From the IMG/VR virus record IMGVR_UViG_3300036853_000446, positions 1 through 64,000 of that record: a DNA stretch of 64,000 nt; one strand, 5' to 3'. Positions 1-9,135 of the stretch are shown here, piece after piece. Within the stretch, counting starts at the first letter, position 1; each line of letters opens with the position of its first letter. A model generated the notes under the pieces. That model ran no database searches, was not told the origin of the DNA, and saw nothing but the letters and a program-made list of their open reading frames with translations. Made by a program: the position numbers and the translations under genes.

Positions 1-1031
1 GCGGCCGAGAAAACATGATCGAAGCTCAGGTCAATCGCCCGTGTCCAAAAGAGCGGCGATCCTGTTGGAAACGTCTGAGCGGAATTGTCGACGACGACAA
101 GTGAGCCCGCCGCGACGACAGGTGCCTCCAAGCCCTTGCGTACCCAACGGCTCGGCGCAGCCTCCGGAAGCGTCGTGGCCTCGTAGAAAACCGCTTCCTC
201 GTGTAGGGCGCGGCGCGCCGCGGGAAACGCGATCCGGTGAGTTGGCGTATTGAACAAAAGTTTGGTCGGGTCATTGAAGACCGCCGTATAGGCCCGCTCG
301 TACGCTCGGTATTTCAGGTCCCGAAAGAGCGGCTGCTCCAGCGTTGCGCTGAGATCGCCCGGGTCGTAGCTCCCCGGCGTGATCAGCACGTTATTGTACC
401 GATAATGATGACCCGACGGCGATGGCCCGCCCGGGTCTCGATTCCAAGCGTTGAATCGAAACTCGGTTGAATTGAGCCGACGGATCTCGACCCGCGGATT
501 GTCGAGCCACGAGTAATCGACCTCTACATCTCCCGTGGGAACTGGGTTGTTGGGTAGGACGATTTGCCCCCTGAGTCCGACGACCGCGACGGGGACCACG
601 GGCACGCCACCGACACGCACGACGACGTCGGCCGGGTCGTCCGCAATCTGGCCCGTCCGTGGATCGAAGAGCTGCCAATCGATGGTGCCACTATTCGCAT
701 CTGGCAAAATAAACCGTGCGCGGACCTTGACCTCGTTGATACTGATGATCGAGAGCACCTCGTAAACGCTGTCGTTTGAGACGCTGCCCGTCAGTCGAAG
801 CCTCTTGCCTATATCGCTCAAGGTCAAGGCTGCCCCGGGCAATGTGACGCACTCGTAAGTATCGAGCGATCCCGCCGTGCCCGCCTGCAGCGTGAGGGGA
901 GGCTTGGCTATCGGACCCCTGTCGGTGAATATGCTCTGGCTCGCGAGCGCCGAGACGCCCTCGACGAAATCAGAGTCCTCGGCTCCGCCGAAACCGCCCC
1001 TGCCGTATTTACCCCCGCCGAAGCCCGCCAC
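1..1031 (-). CDS. Partial (3' end beyond window start) putative virion/baseplate structural protein, >343 aa
   Basis: Not in the ORF track because it has no stop in the window. Manual translation from GTG at 1031 (GAGGT SD-like upstream) is open to base 1: MAGFGGGKYGRGGFGGAEDSDF...TLPGAALTLSDIGKRLRLTGS...RAYERAYTAVFNDP... Confidence 0.75.
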   Translation of the reverse strand, partial: MAGFGGGKYGRGGFGGAEDSDFVEGVSALASQSIFTDRGPIAKPPLTLQAGTAGSLDTYECVTLPGAALTLSDIGKRLRLTGSVSNDSVYEVLSIISINEVKVRARFILPDANSGTIDWQLFDPRTGQIADDPADVVVRVGGVPVVPVAVVGLRGQIVLPNNPVPTGDVEVDYSWLDNPRVEIRRLNSTEFRFNAWNRDPGGPSPSGHHYRYNNVLITPGSYDPGDLSATLEQPLFRDLKYRAYERAYTAVFNDPTKLLFNTPTHRIAFPAARRALHEEAVFYEATTLPEAAPSRWVRKGLEAPVVAAGSLVVVDNSAQTFPTGSPLFWTRAIDLSFDHVFSA

Positions 1032-1130
1032 TTATGGACCTCGTCTCATCTTGCCCGCGTCCTCGGGACCCTCGGTCGCACTTATGCCTTGGGTGAAGTC
1101 GTCAAGCACCAGGGTGTCGAGGTTGGTCAT
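1032..1130 (-). CDS. Possible 32-aa mini-ORF (MTNLDTLVLDDFTQGISATEGPEDAGKMRRGP)
   Basis: ATG 3 nt after the upstream TGA; its TAA abuts the next GTG; shares GPEDAGK with the upstream 517-aa protein. Confidence 0.35.
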   Translation of the reverse strand: MTNLDTLVLDDFTQGISATEGPEDAGKMRRGP

Positions 1131-1133
1131 GTG

Positions 1134-2687
1134 TCAGCGATTGTCGGCGACGAGCCCGAGCGCAGCGAGGGCGGCAACGAGTGAATCGATCTGATCCTGG
1201 AGGTCCACGCCCGTGATGGACTGGCGCGGGACGGGTGGACCGTCGTCGCCCAAGAAACGGATCGTCGCAGTCGTGTCCCCGTCCGCGCCCATCAGCAGAT
1301 TGGTAACAAAGCTGCCGAGCGGGCCATTGCCCTCGGTGCTGAACCGATGCCCGCCGTTCAACGGAACGCCTTCAGTCGTGGTGCTGCGCTCTTGTTGGTA
1401 GAGTCCGCCGCCCTCACATTGGATGTTCGTGGTCCCGAGCGCGCTCGAAACGAGGAAGGTAGAGGCTCCGCTCATCGATAGGAAGCCGGTTCCTTCGCCC
1501 AATGCTTGGATGTCTATGCCTCCCAGCGAGCGCAGAATGATATTGCTTGCCGTGCCGAGCGTGGCCAGTTCGATCACGGAATTGTTGGCCGTGGTGTGAA
1601 GAACTAGATGCGACTCATCGCCTTCGCCCGCACTCTCTATCAGGTTGACCTTTAGCGCCTCCTCGAGTGTGAGCCCGAGCCAAGCGGTGCCGTCAAACGT
1701 GAGGGGCTGCCCGATGTATGAGCCCGGCGCGAGCGTGGTGCCGCCGCCCCCGCCGACAACGTCCTCCGCTGCGACATATTCGATGTTGTCCCCCGCGGTA
1801 TTGACGCGCGCGAGCTTGCCTGCGTCCTCGGGCCCCTGGGGCGTGCTGAGTTCCGCCGAAGTCGCCGTTGTCGCTCGAGAGAGCACGATCCAGGTATTAC
1901 CCCCTTGGTGGGCCACCATGAGGCTTGCACCGCCTCGTAGCTCAACCGTCGGCTCGCTTCCGATGAATCCTCCACCCGCTGGCATCACCGTTGCCAGGTT
2001 TTCATCCGACCCCAGAGCTGCAATCCGCACTACGAAGCCCGAACGAGGCGCATCAGGCAATAGGAACTCCGCGGAGCCTCCGATCGTCGGGAGGTCCACC
2101 ACGTGCAAGGGTGCATCGGTGACCCCTGCTTGGAAAGGAGTCGTATCGACGACCTGAAACGGTAAGTCTGAGTACGTCCGGAGGAACTCATCGATTTGCC
2201 CGGCGTTTCCGTTCCCAGCCCAGCCGCGGACGTTGTCCCGGTAGTTCTGCTCGTCCGGCTTCACCGGCCGAGGACCGTCTGAGATGATCGCCAGGGCGAT
2301 CAGTGGCAACGGTGGCGGGTTTCCCTGGAACGGTGGAAGCACAAAACCGCGGGCGTTTGGTATCCCAAAACACCTGATGTCCCGGTCCACGTGACCTGAG
2401 ACGTCGCTGACCTCGAGCATCACGCGGTATGTCCCCGCCACATCCGGAATGAAGTCCGCCGTAGGACTTCCGTCCACCGCTTGAGCGATAATTTGAGGCG
2501 AACCTGCCGGGGGAAAGGTTGCGCTGTCCGAAGGTGCGTCGAGCATGTAGAGCCTCCAACTGACGACGCCCGTGTCATTGCCGTTCGAGATGGTGACCTT
2601 TGAGAAATCACCGTGAACTCCGAACACAGCCTTTCCAGCCGCGTCAGTGTTGGCGCCCTGAACGAACTGAATGAGAGCTGTAGCCAT
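1134..2687 (-). CDS. Putative tail fibre/virion appendage protein, 517 aa
   Basis: Beta-rich, Gly/Thr-rich; fibre-like motif GQPLTFDGTAWLG; AGGGG SD-like sequence upstream; lies downstream of the wedge genes. Confidence 0.5.
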   Translation of the reverse strand: MATALIQFVQGANTDAAGKAVFGVHGDFSKVTISNGNDTGVVSWRLYMLDAPSDSATFPPAGSPQIIAQAVDGSPTADFIPDVAGTYRVMLEVSDVSGHVDRDIRCFGIPNARGFVLPPFQGNPPPLPLIALAIISDGPRPVKPDEQNYRDNVRGWAGNGNAGQIDEFLRTYSDLPFQVVDTTPFQAGVTDAPLHVVDLPTIGGSAEFLLPDAPRSGFVVRIAALGSDENLATVMPAGGGFIGSEPTVELRGGASLMVAHQGGNTWIVLSRATTATSAELSTPQGPEDAGKLARVNTAGDNIEYVAAEDVVGGGGGTTLAPGSYIGQPLTFDGTAWLGLTLEEALKVNLIESAGEGDESHLVLHTTANNSVIELATLGTASNIILRSLGGIDIQALGEGTGFLSMSGASTFLVSSALGTTNIQCEGGGLYQQERSTTTEGVPLNGGHRFSTEGNGPLGSFVTNLLMGADGDTTATIRFLGDDGPPVPRQSITGVDLQDQIDSLVAALAALGLVADNR

Positions 2688-2701
2688 CGCGCGATCCCCT
2701 T

Positions 2702-2818
2702 TCAGGTGACGCTTCGCGCCTCGCCGTAGCCATACGGCCTGTCGTCACGAACTTCCAATGTGGCGGTGTGCATAATTTTTGAGGGCATGCGGAGTTCTCT
2801 GTCACTTAGGCCCGGCAT
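2702..2818 (-). CDS. Possible 38-aa mini-ORF (MPGLSDRELRMPSKIMHTATLEVRDDRPYGYGEARSVT)
   Basis: ATG overlaps the upstream stop as TGATG at 2816-2820 and fills the intergenic gap. Confidence 0.3.
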   Translation of the reverse strand: MPGLSDRELRMPSKIMHTATLEVRDDRPYGYGEARSVT

Positions 2819-3660
2819 CAAAGGACTAGATGTGACCGGATGTTACCGTGCGCCTCCCCGACCACCGCCTGATTCTCCTTCTTGCCCAGGCGATCGATGT
2901 CCCGGAGACCCGCCCAGTAGCTCCGGAAGTCCTCGTAGAAGTAGCTCTGCAGCTTCCACCGCATCTCGTCGAAAATGTGACCAAGGGTGTCGTCCGTGTG
3001 ATTCGGGTCGTTCGGGTCATAGACGTCCGTGAAGATGAACCGGATCTGAAAGATCGTGTGCGCCGGACGGATGATGTCCAGAATGACCCGAATGGACGAT
3101 TGCAGGTCGAAGATGCCCTGGGGAAACTTGTTGTGCGTGGCAATATCGATCTGGAACCCGAACTGATCCGAGATGTCCAAGCCCGCTGATCCCTGTCGAA
3201 TCAGCAGAAAGTTCTCGAGGACTCTAAAGTCAGTCTTCAGAAACAGCCCGACGGCGTCCTTGATCGCTGAGGGAACCGACCCCTGGAAATAGACTCGGAT
3301 CAGATTGAGGAGGAACTGCCGAAACTCATCGTCGTCGAATTCCAGGCTCGGCAACCTGTTATTGAGGAAACAGAGGTAGCCAACGACGCCATAGAGAAAC
3401 TCGCTCCGCGTCCGGGTGAAATCGACGTCTGAGCTGACGTCCTCGAGCGCCAGCTCGATCTTGGCCAACTCGACGGCGACCGCTTTGCATTCGACGGTGT
3501 AGTGCGGGCCCTGCACCGTCGACGTGTAGTTCGACGGCAACAGTCGAAGCAATGTCGAGAAGATCGCCTGCGCGCGCTGAAGTATCCTGAGGTTGTATTC
3601 TTTCCCGCGCCGCTCGACGCTAAAGTTTAGCCGGGAAGAATCGATGATGAAGCGCGCCAT
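2818..3660 (-). CDS. Putative baseplate wedge subunit (P2 gpI / T4 gp7-like), 280 aa
   Basis: Directly follows the J-like gene with a TGATG overlap; LLRLLPSNY near the N-terminus and ILDIIRPAHTIFQIRF near the C-terminus resemble the gpI-type LL-P-(S/G) and KPAH motifs. Confidence 0.6.
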   Translation of the reverse strand: MARFIIDSSRLNFSVERRGKEYNLRILQRAQAIFSTLLRLLPSNYTSTVQGPHYTVECKAVAVELAKIELALEDVSSDVDFTRTRSEFLYGVVGYLCFLNNRLPSLEFDDDEFRQFLLNLIRVYFQGSVPSAIKDAVGLFLKTDFRVLENFLLIRQGSAGLDISDQFGFQIDIATHNKFPQGIFDLQSSIRVILDIIRPAHTIFQIRFIFTDVYDPNDPNHTDDTLGHIFDEMRWKLQSYFYEDFRSYWAGLRDIDRLGKKENQAVVGEAHGNIRSHLVL

Positions 3661-6600
3661 CAGGCTGCCTCCACCGCTTTTATCGTGAGCGTGAAGTTGC
3701 CCAAGTCGATAAACTCGACTTGCGTCGGTACAATGTCGTGTGGGCCACGATCACCCCGGATCACGTAGCTGGCGGCGTAGCGGTGTTGATCGGGATTGTC
3801 GACAGGGCTTCCCGCGCCGCTCAAGGAGACCACGATATGGTTCGCCGTGAGGCGCAACCGCTCGGCAGCGATGTCGTCGGCGTCCGTGAAGCCGTCGGCG
3901 ATCAGAGTCGCGTCGTCCGAGAACCCCGCGATCGAAGCGCCGTCCCGACCGATAATATAAGCCTGCCCAGCTGCCGCGCCGACGTTTAACAGCGACGCAG
4001 CCAGGGTCAGTGGTTCATCGTCCTCGAAGACCCCCTTATGCTCCGTGAGTAGCCCTCCCCCGTCGGTCGTTGGATAGTTCAAAGGGTTTGAGAGAATGAA
4101 TACGACGCTGCTGCCAATGTCGAGCGAGGACAACCGGCTATTCGTCGAGAGGAGCGTGACCCTCAACTTTCTCGAACCGTCCGCGTAGCCCATTCGCGCA
4201 AGCGGCAACACCTGGAAATCAACGCCCTCTGTCGAATCGATCGCGTTGATCATATCCGATTGCGCGGTGCCCTGACCGATCAACTTCGAATTGAGTTCGA
4301 TGGAGACATTGGTCCGGATCGCCGGGTCAGCGGAGTCTTTCGAAGCGCCCTGCTTGAGCTGTACCGTCGTATCGACGACGACCGAGTTCTGGACCGCTTG
4401 TTTGACGATCACATCCGCGGTCACATGGCGACGCGCATCGACCTTTTGTTGGAGTTGCTGCAGGAGGTCGTTGATGACGTAGGTCACCGTAAAGTTCTCA
4501 TCATGTTGATAGTCGACGAGGACCGTTTCACCGCTCGAGATTCGGGAGGCGTTGGTCCGCACGATCTTGACCGGTGTCGTTGCCGTCCCCGCGACGATCT
4601 CATAGTCGGGCGCAACACTCCCTACCCTTACCAACTCCGCAGCCGCCGTCGGCCCGAAATACTCCACCAGTCGGTCCTGGCTGAACATCTTCAAGGTCGC
4701 CGTGTTGATGCCGACGTTTCTCAGGGGCTCCTCGAAGAAGCCGATGAGAATATGACTCTCGGCCGTCACCGGGATCGCGTCGCCGGTCGGAATTCCGCCC
4801 ACCTGGTTGATGACCAGAAAGTCCTTGGCGATGGTGCTCTCGCCGGTGAGCAGTGGGTCGTCGGTCTTGTAAAGATTGAAGCCATCGTCGAGGTCGAGGG
4901 GCCCCGACGATTGACCGGCAACGGAGACAACGCGACGAACCGGCTGAAGCGAGAACGTGAAGCGGTTGATGCTCCGGAAGCGGTAATCGGCGGTGATGAT
5001 ATCGTTGATGTGTGTCGAGGGCTGCACGACGGACGCATTGAGCCGGAAGGTCTCAAAATCGATGATGATGACGCCGGTCAGATCAAAGTTGCTGCCCGTG
5101 GTTGCGTTCCGAACGCCTAACCCTTCGGCAAGATCGTCGAGAATCTCGCCCACCGGCGTGCCCACGGTGACCCGCGCGTCGAGCACCCGGAAGGTGAGCG
5201 TCGCGAGGTCGACAATCTCGCAGCGAATGTCGCGGGCAACCTGGAACGAGAAGGCGAATTTCTCCGCCACTGTCCGCTCGCGGAGGCCCTGCACCCAGAT
5301 GTCGACTTTGCCACCGATGTGCTTCTTCCGCAGCTCGTCGTAGTCCCGCATCATGAGCGGGTCACCACTCTTGACGATCTTGCTCTTTACGATACCGATG
5401 CTCTCTGCCGCCGTCGCGGCGTACCCCCCTTCAGTGCCGGCATCGACGCCAACGAAGCCGAGTTGCGCTCGAGTTGCCAGATCGGCATTGCTCTCGCGCA
5501 GCGTTCCGAATCTCGTTGCCTCTCGATTGACGACCTGCAAGCCCGACACTCCAGAGACGAGGTTCTTGATCTGGCCCGCGGAGCGGTTGCCATTGGTCCC
5601 GATGAACTCGGCGGTGACGTCGACGGTGATCTCGTACTGCTGAGTATCGAAATTGAAGAATGCGTCAGCGGCGTCTGCCGTCATCACGAATGTGCCACCG
5701 ACGACATACCGGACCGCGGGCAATCCGTTATCGGAATCGGCGTCCGTGGAGACAACGGAGCCGGAAGGGATGATGACGTCGCGCCTCGGTCGCGTGCCGC
5801 TGAAATAAACCACCTGCCCTACCGCCGGGCGACCCGGAAGCCGCGTCTTGTTGTAGTTCCCCGCGATCTTGTCGAACTGGGTATCGATCAGGCTTTGGAC
5901 CGACGGATCGGATTGAAGACCCAGGGCAGCCTTCAGCGCCTGCTTGTACGAGTTGCCTGCCACGGAATCAGAAACGCCGTCACCATTGGCGTCGTCGATC
6001 TGAAGGAGGGTCAGGAAACTCCCGCTCCGGTGCACGAAATCGATGATGAACCAGACACGCTCGACCTCCGAGGCGAATGGATCAATGCTGACGTCCCGCG
6101 ACGTGGATCCCGGGATGAGGCTGATCTCCTGGTCAAGTCTTTGGATCGCCGAAACGTAGTCTCGTACGACCTCGATCTGGGTCCGACCTGGCAAGTCTCG
6201 GATTGTCGTATCGATGACGAGCGGTGAACCGAGCACCTCTTGCGAGTGCGGCGTCTCAAATTCGAGATTTTGCGCCCGGTCGAAGAAGATGGCCGTTATC
6301 GTATAGTAGAGAGGCTCGGCCCCATCCACGTCCACGAACTGGTCAGAGTTGATGATCCCGTCCGCCTCAGTTCCGCTCCGGACATGGGTGAACCCGACAA
6401 AGTCCTCGAGTTCATACGCCGACAGAGACCCGTTGAACCTCATGTCAGTGAAGACACCCGAGACGTCGACGGTCGTATCGGACACCGTGCTCAACACTTG
6501 CCCAAACTCGTCTTCCAGCGTGACGACGGTGCGCGCGATGTTGCCTTGCGGGGTAAAGACGGCTTGTGACGAGACGATCTCCGTGATGTCCTCCTCTTGT

Positions 6601-7139
6601 GTCGTCACTTCGCTGATGGGGCTTGCGTTGATTCGGAAGCGCCCTGATGACCCGCCGGGACTCGTGCTCGCGTAGAAATTGAAACCGCGGAACACCAGCG
6701 GGTCGGTGAACCCGGGGTTGTCCGTTGGCAGGCGGCTCGACACGAGCAGGGTGACCGAGCCCCGCCTCCGTCGAACACGGATCCCTGTGGGGATGACGGC
6801 GTCCGATTGGGTCGACGATTGGACCCTCGTGATCTGCGCCGTCGAGGACGGGCTAACGCCTCCCACGATGTCGATCGCGCGGAGCAGAATCGTGTTCTGT
6901 CCGAAATCCAGATCCAGGCCGTCAGGGAAGGAGGCAAGATTCGGAATCGCGAATGCCGGACCGTCCAACCGGATCATGGCCGAGTCGGAAACGAACGGAC
7001 CACCGTTGATCGACACCTGAATGTCGATGGTATTTGCCGCAGCAAGGCCCGACAAGAAGACCGCCCTCTGGTTCGTCGAGAGGGTCAGACTCGTCGCGCG
7101 TGAGCCATCGGGGGCATCGATCTGCGGGGCACTCGCCAT
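3660..7139 (-). CDS. Baseplate J-like (T4 gp6-like) wedge protein, ~1159 aa, with long N-terminal and internal extensions
   Basis: J-family motifs: IPGSTSRDV, RLPGRPAVGQVVYF, IPSGSVVST, AEFIGTNGN, G-x-x-x-ESNADLATR, GTEGGY. Alternative TTG start at 7145. Confidence 0.85.
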   Translation of the reverse strand: MASAPQIDAPDGSRATSLTLSTNQRAVFLSGLAAANTIDIQVSINGGPFVSDSAMIRLDGPAFAIPNLASFPDGLDLDFGQNTILLRAIDIVGGVSPSSTAQITRVQSSTQSDAVIPTGIRVRRRRGSVTLLVSSRLPTDNPGFTDPLVFRGFNFYASTSPGGSSGRFRINASPISEVTTQEEDITEIVSSQAVFTPQGNIARTVVTLEDEFGQVLSTVSDTTVDVSGVFTDMRFNGSLSAYELEDFVGFTHVRSGTEADGIINSDQFVDVDGAEPLYYTITAIFFDRAQNLEFETPHSQEVLGSPLVIDTTIRDLPGRTQIEVVRDYVSAIQRLDQEISLIPGSTSRDVSIDPFASEVERVWFIIDFVHRSGSFLTLLQIDDANGDGVSDSVAGNSYKQALKAALGLQSDPSVQSLIDTQFDKIAGNYNKTRLPGRPAVGQVVYFSGTRPRRDVIIPSGSVVSTDADSDNGLPAVRYVVGGTFVMTADAADAFFNFDTQQYEITVDVTAEFIGTNGNRSAGQIKNLVSGVSGLQVVNREATRFGTLRESNADLATRAQLGFVGVDAGTEGGYAATAAESIGIVKSKIVKSGDPLMMRDYDELRKKHIGGKVDIWVQGLRERTVAEKFAFSFQVARDIRCEIVDLATLTFRVLDARVTVGTPVGEILDDLAEGLGVRNATTGSNFDLTGVIIIDFETFRLNASVVQPSTHINDIITADYRFRSINRFTFSLQPVRRVVSVAGQSSGPLDLDDGFNLYKTDDPLLTGESTIAKDFLVINQVGGIPTGDAIPVTAESHILIGFFEEPLRNVGINTATLKMFSQDRLVEYFGPTAAAELVRVGSVAPDYEIVAGTATTPVKIVRTNASRISSGETVLVDYQHDENFTVTYVINDLLQQLQQKVDARRHVTADVIVKQAVQNSVVVDTTVQLKQGASKDSADPAIRTNVSIELNSKLIGQGTAQSDMINAIDSTEGVDFQVLPLARMGYADGSRKLRVTLLSTNSRLSSLDIGSSVVFILSNPLNYPTTDGGGLLTEHKGVFEDDEPLTLAASLLNVGAAAGQAYIIGRDGASIAGFSDDATLIADGFTDADDIAAERLRLTANHIVVSLSGAGSPVDNPDQHRYAASYVIRGDRGPHDIVPTQVEFIDLGNFTLTIKAVEAA

Positions 7140-7175
7140 ATACAAGGCAGCGCGAAAAAGAGAATACTTAGTGCT

Positions 7176-8339
7176 CTACCGGCCGAGGGCGGGGACATCG
7201 TTTTGCCTCCGCAATGAATCCTGAACGGAAGAGCCCAGAAGATCGATGGGGAGCGGTAGCTGGAGGCCGCGCGAGATCTGAATGGGGGAACTCGACCGAT
7301 TTTGCACGAAAGCGTTGACATAGACCACGGTCGGATTGACAGGGTCCTGCTCGAGATTCACGACGAGCAGGCGGAAGGGGTATTCCTCGTCCGAGACGAA
7401 TTGCACCCGGTCCTCCTGCTCACTCTTGATCGCCTGCCATCGGCGGAACGCCTCCTGCAGGTCGCTGAGAATCAGATTCTGCATCAGCCCGTGGTCGGAA
7501 ATCTTCTTCCCGATGGCCTCGAGCAGCCCCGTCCCATACCACGGATGAAAGGGGTTACTGCCCTTCTCCGTATAGGTGATCTTGAGCACTTCCTGGCTGA
7601 GCAGCTCGGCGTTGCGCACCTTGATGACGTTACCGGCCGCTGTATATTGCCAATCGTTCTCGATGCCGACGCCGCCACAGCGCCGGCACTCTTGCCGCAC
7701 CGTCGTGTAGTTGATCTCGACGAAATCTGTCGCGCTCTCGATGCGGCGGTCGAAGACGATCAGCCGGGTTGGTCTGTCGCTGAGTGTGTTTGGATCGTTG
7801 ATGAGGGACCACGGCGGGAAGACCTCTTGCCCGCGGTATACGCGACCCACGGTGAAGCCCAGCGTCCGAGCGAGGCTGCCCGTCGGGACGCCCGATTCCG
7901 AATGCGGTAACGCCTTGAAGACGATCCGGGCAGACGGCCCCCGGGTCGCCGTGAGCGCTTGAACCTGGAGCCGTCGCGACACCCTAAAGACCAGCCCGAC
8001 CACGGCTGAAGACAGCGCCTTCGTCAAGGCCTTCGCCGTGATACCTAGACCCGTCGGAGCTACGAAGTTCTGGTCAGGACCGCCGTTGACACTGACGATG
8101 AGGCGGTCATTCACGCCGGCTCGAATGTCAAAAGGTCCGGGACTCGAGCCTTTGGCCACTGCCGGAATCAAATGTCCGACGGACGTGATCTCCTGCTCTC
8201 CGTTGAATCGCACGCGAACCGAGGCCGCACTCGCAATGGGTCGGAGGGGGCGGACCGTCCTTCGGTCGGCGTTTAGAAAGAGCGCCTCCTCCACGACCAG
8301 ATGGGGGCAGACCTGCTCGATTCTTCGATCGTAGCTCAT
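7176..8339 (-). CDS. Baseplate wedge gp25/GPW-like protein with N-terminal extra domain, 387 aa
   Basis: C-terminal KGSNPFHPWYGTGLLEAIGK is typical of gp25/GPW (GxxPFxPxYGxxL); sits immediately upstream of the J-like gene; contains CRRCGGVG. Confidence 0.75.
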   Translation of the reverse strand: MSYDRRIEQVCPHLVVEEALFLNADRRTVRPLRPIASAASVRVRFNGEQEITSVGHLIPAVAKGSSPGPFDIRAGVNDRLIVSVNGGPDQNFVAPTGLGITAKALTKALSSAVVGLVFRVSRRLQVQALTATRGPSARIVFKALPHSESGVPTGSLARTLGFTVGRVYRGQEVFPPWSLINDPNTLSDRPTRLIVFDRRIESATDFVEINYTTVRQECRRCGGVGIENDWQYTAAGNVIKVRNAELLSQEVLKITYTEKGSNPFHPWYGTGLLEAIGKKISDHGLMQNLILSDLQEAFRRWQAIKSEQEDRVQFVSDEEYPFRLLVVNLEQDPVNPTVVYVNAFVQNRSSSPIQISRGLQLPLPIDLLGSSVQDSLRRQNDVPALGR

Positions 8340-9106
8340 TTCGTCCTTCCCACATCGCCAGGTCCGACGAATCCCGTGCCTTGCCGTTGAGGCCTTTCGA
8401 CCACTCGATTGGGCCCGCCCGCCGCTGGGTCAACCGGCATCTCGACGTCGTACTGACTGAAGGGCGCGTGAGTGTTGAGCCCGAGGGGGTCAGAGCCGTG
8501 GTCATCGTAAATGGCCCGATAGTTCCGATTACCGATGAGCTGCTCGAGCTGATTAGCGACGAATTCGAGAGAGCCATCGGTCGTTGCCGCCGCCGCCGTC
8601 GCCTCGAGTTCGCGAATCTCCTCCGTGAGCTGGTCGGTGTAGTCGATGGCCCTGCGGATCTTTCGCTCGAGCAGGGTGAAGCGGTAATCGAGCACGTCCT
8701 GCACCGGTCGTCGCATCTTTCGCATCAGCTCGGAGCTGAAGGCGTCCTGCTGACCTCGGGTCCCGAGGACCTCACCGCTCGACATGGCGGTCGCTGGAAC
8801 CGCGGCGCTCCCTTGCAGAACGAAGACGGCCTGATTCTTGTTACGCGACCGCAAATCGAGAAAGGGATTTCCCCCAAGGACCTGGTACGCCGCGAGGAGC
8901 TTCCCGAGGTATGAGTCCGATGGATTGGCGGTCACTGCCTCTGGGACGTGGTTGCTATCGAAGCGGAAGACGAGGGTCCCCGTGCGTCCGATCTCGGCCT
9001 TCAGATGAGCGATTCGCGCTCTGAGCTGCCCTTGCTGCGCCCTGGCGAACACCAGGAAGCGCTCGAGCTGACTCTTGTTGAAGGTACCACTAAAGTCGAA
9101 CGCCAA
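8336..9106 (-). CDS. Hypothetical virion-associated protein, 256 aa
   Basis: Long ORF with an ATGA overlap to the next gene; helical/coiled-coil segments; TTG start. Confidence 0.7.
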   Translation of the reverse strand: MAFDFSGTFNKSQLERFLVFARAQQGQLRARIAHLKAEIGRTGTLVFRFDSNHVPEAVTANPSDSYLGKLLAAYQVLGGNPFLDLRSRNKNQAVFVLQGSAAVPATAMSSGEVLGTRGQQDAFSSELMRKMRRPVQDVLDYRFTLLERKIRRAIDYTDQLTEEIRELEATAAAATTDGSLEFVANQLEQLIGNRNYRAIYDDHGSDPLGLNTHAPFSQYDVEMPVDPAAGGPNRVVERPQRQGTGFVGPGDVGRTK

Positions 9107-9135
9107 CTCAAACCGCCTTTTGGATCCTGCTCACA

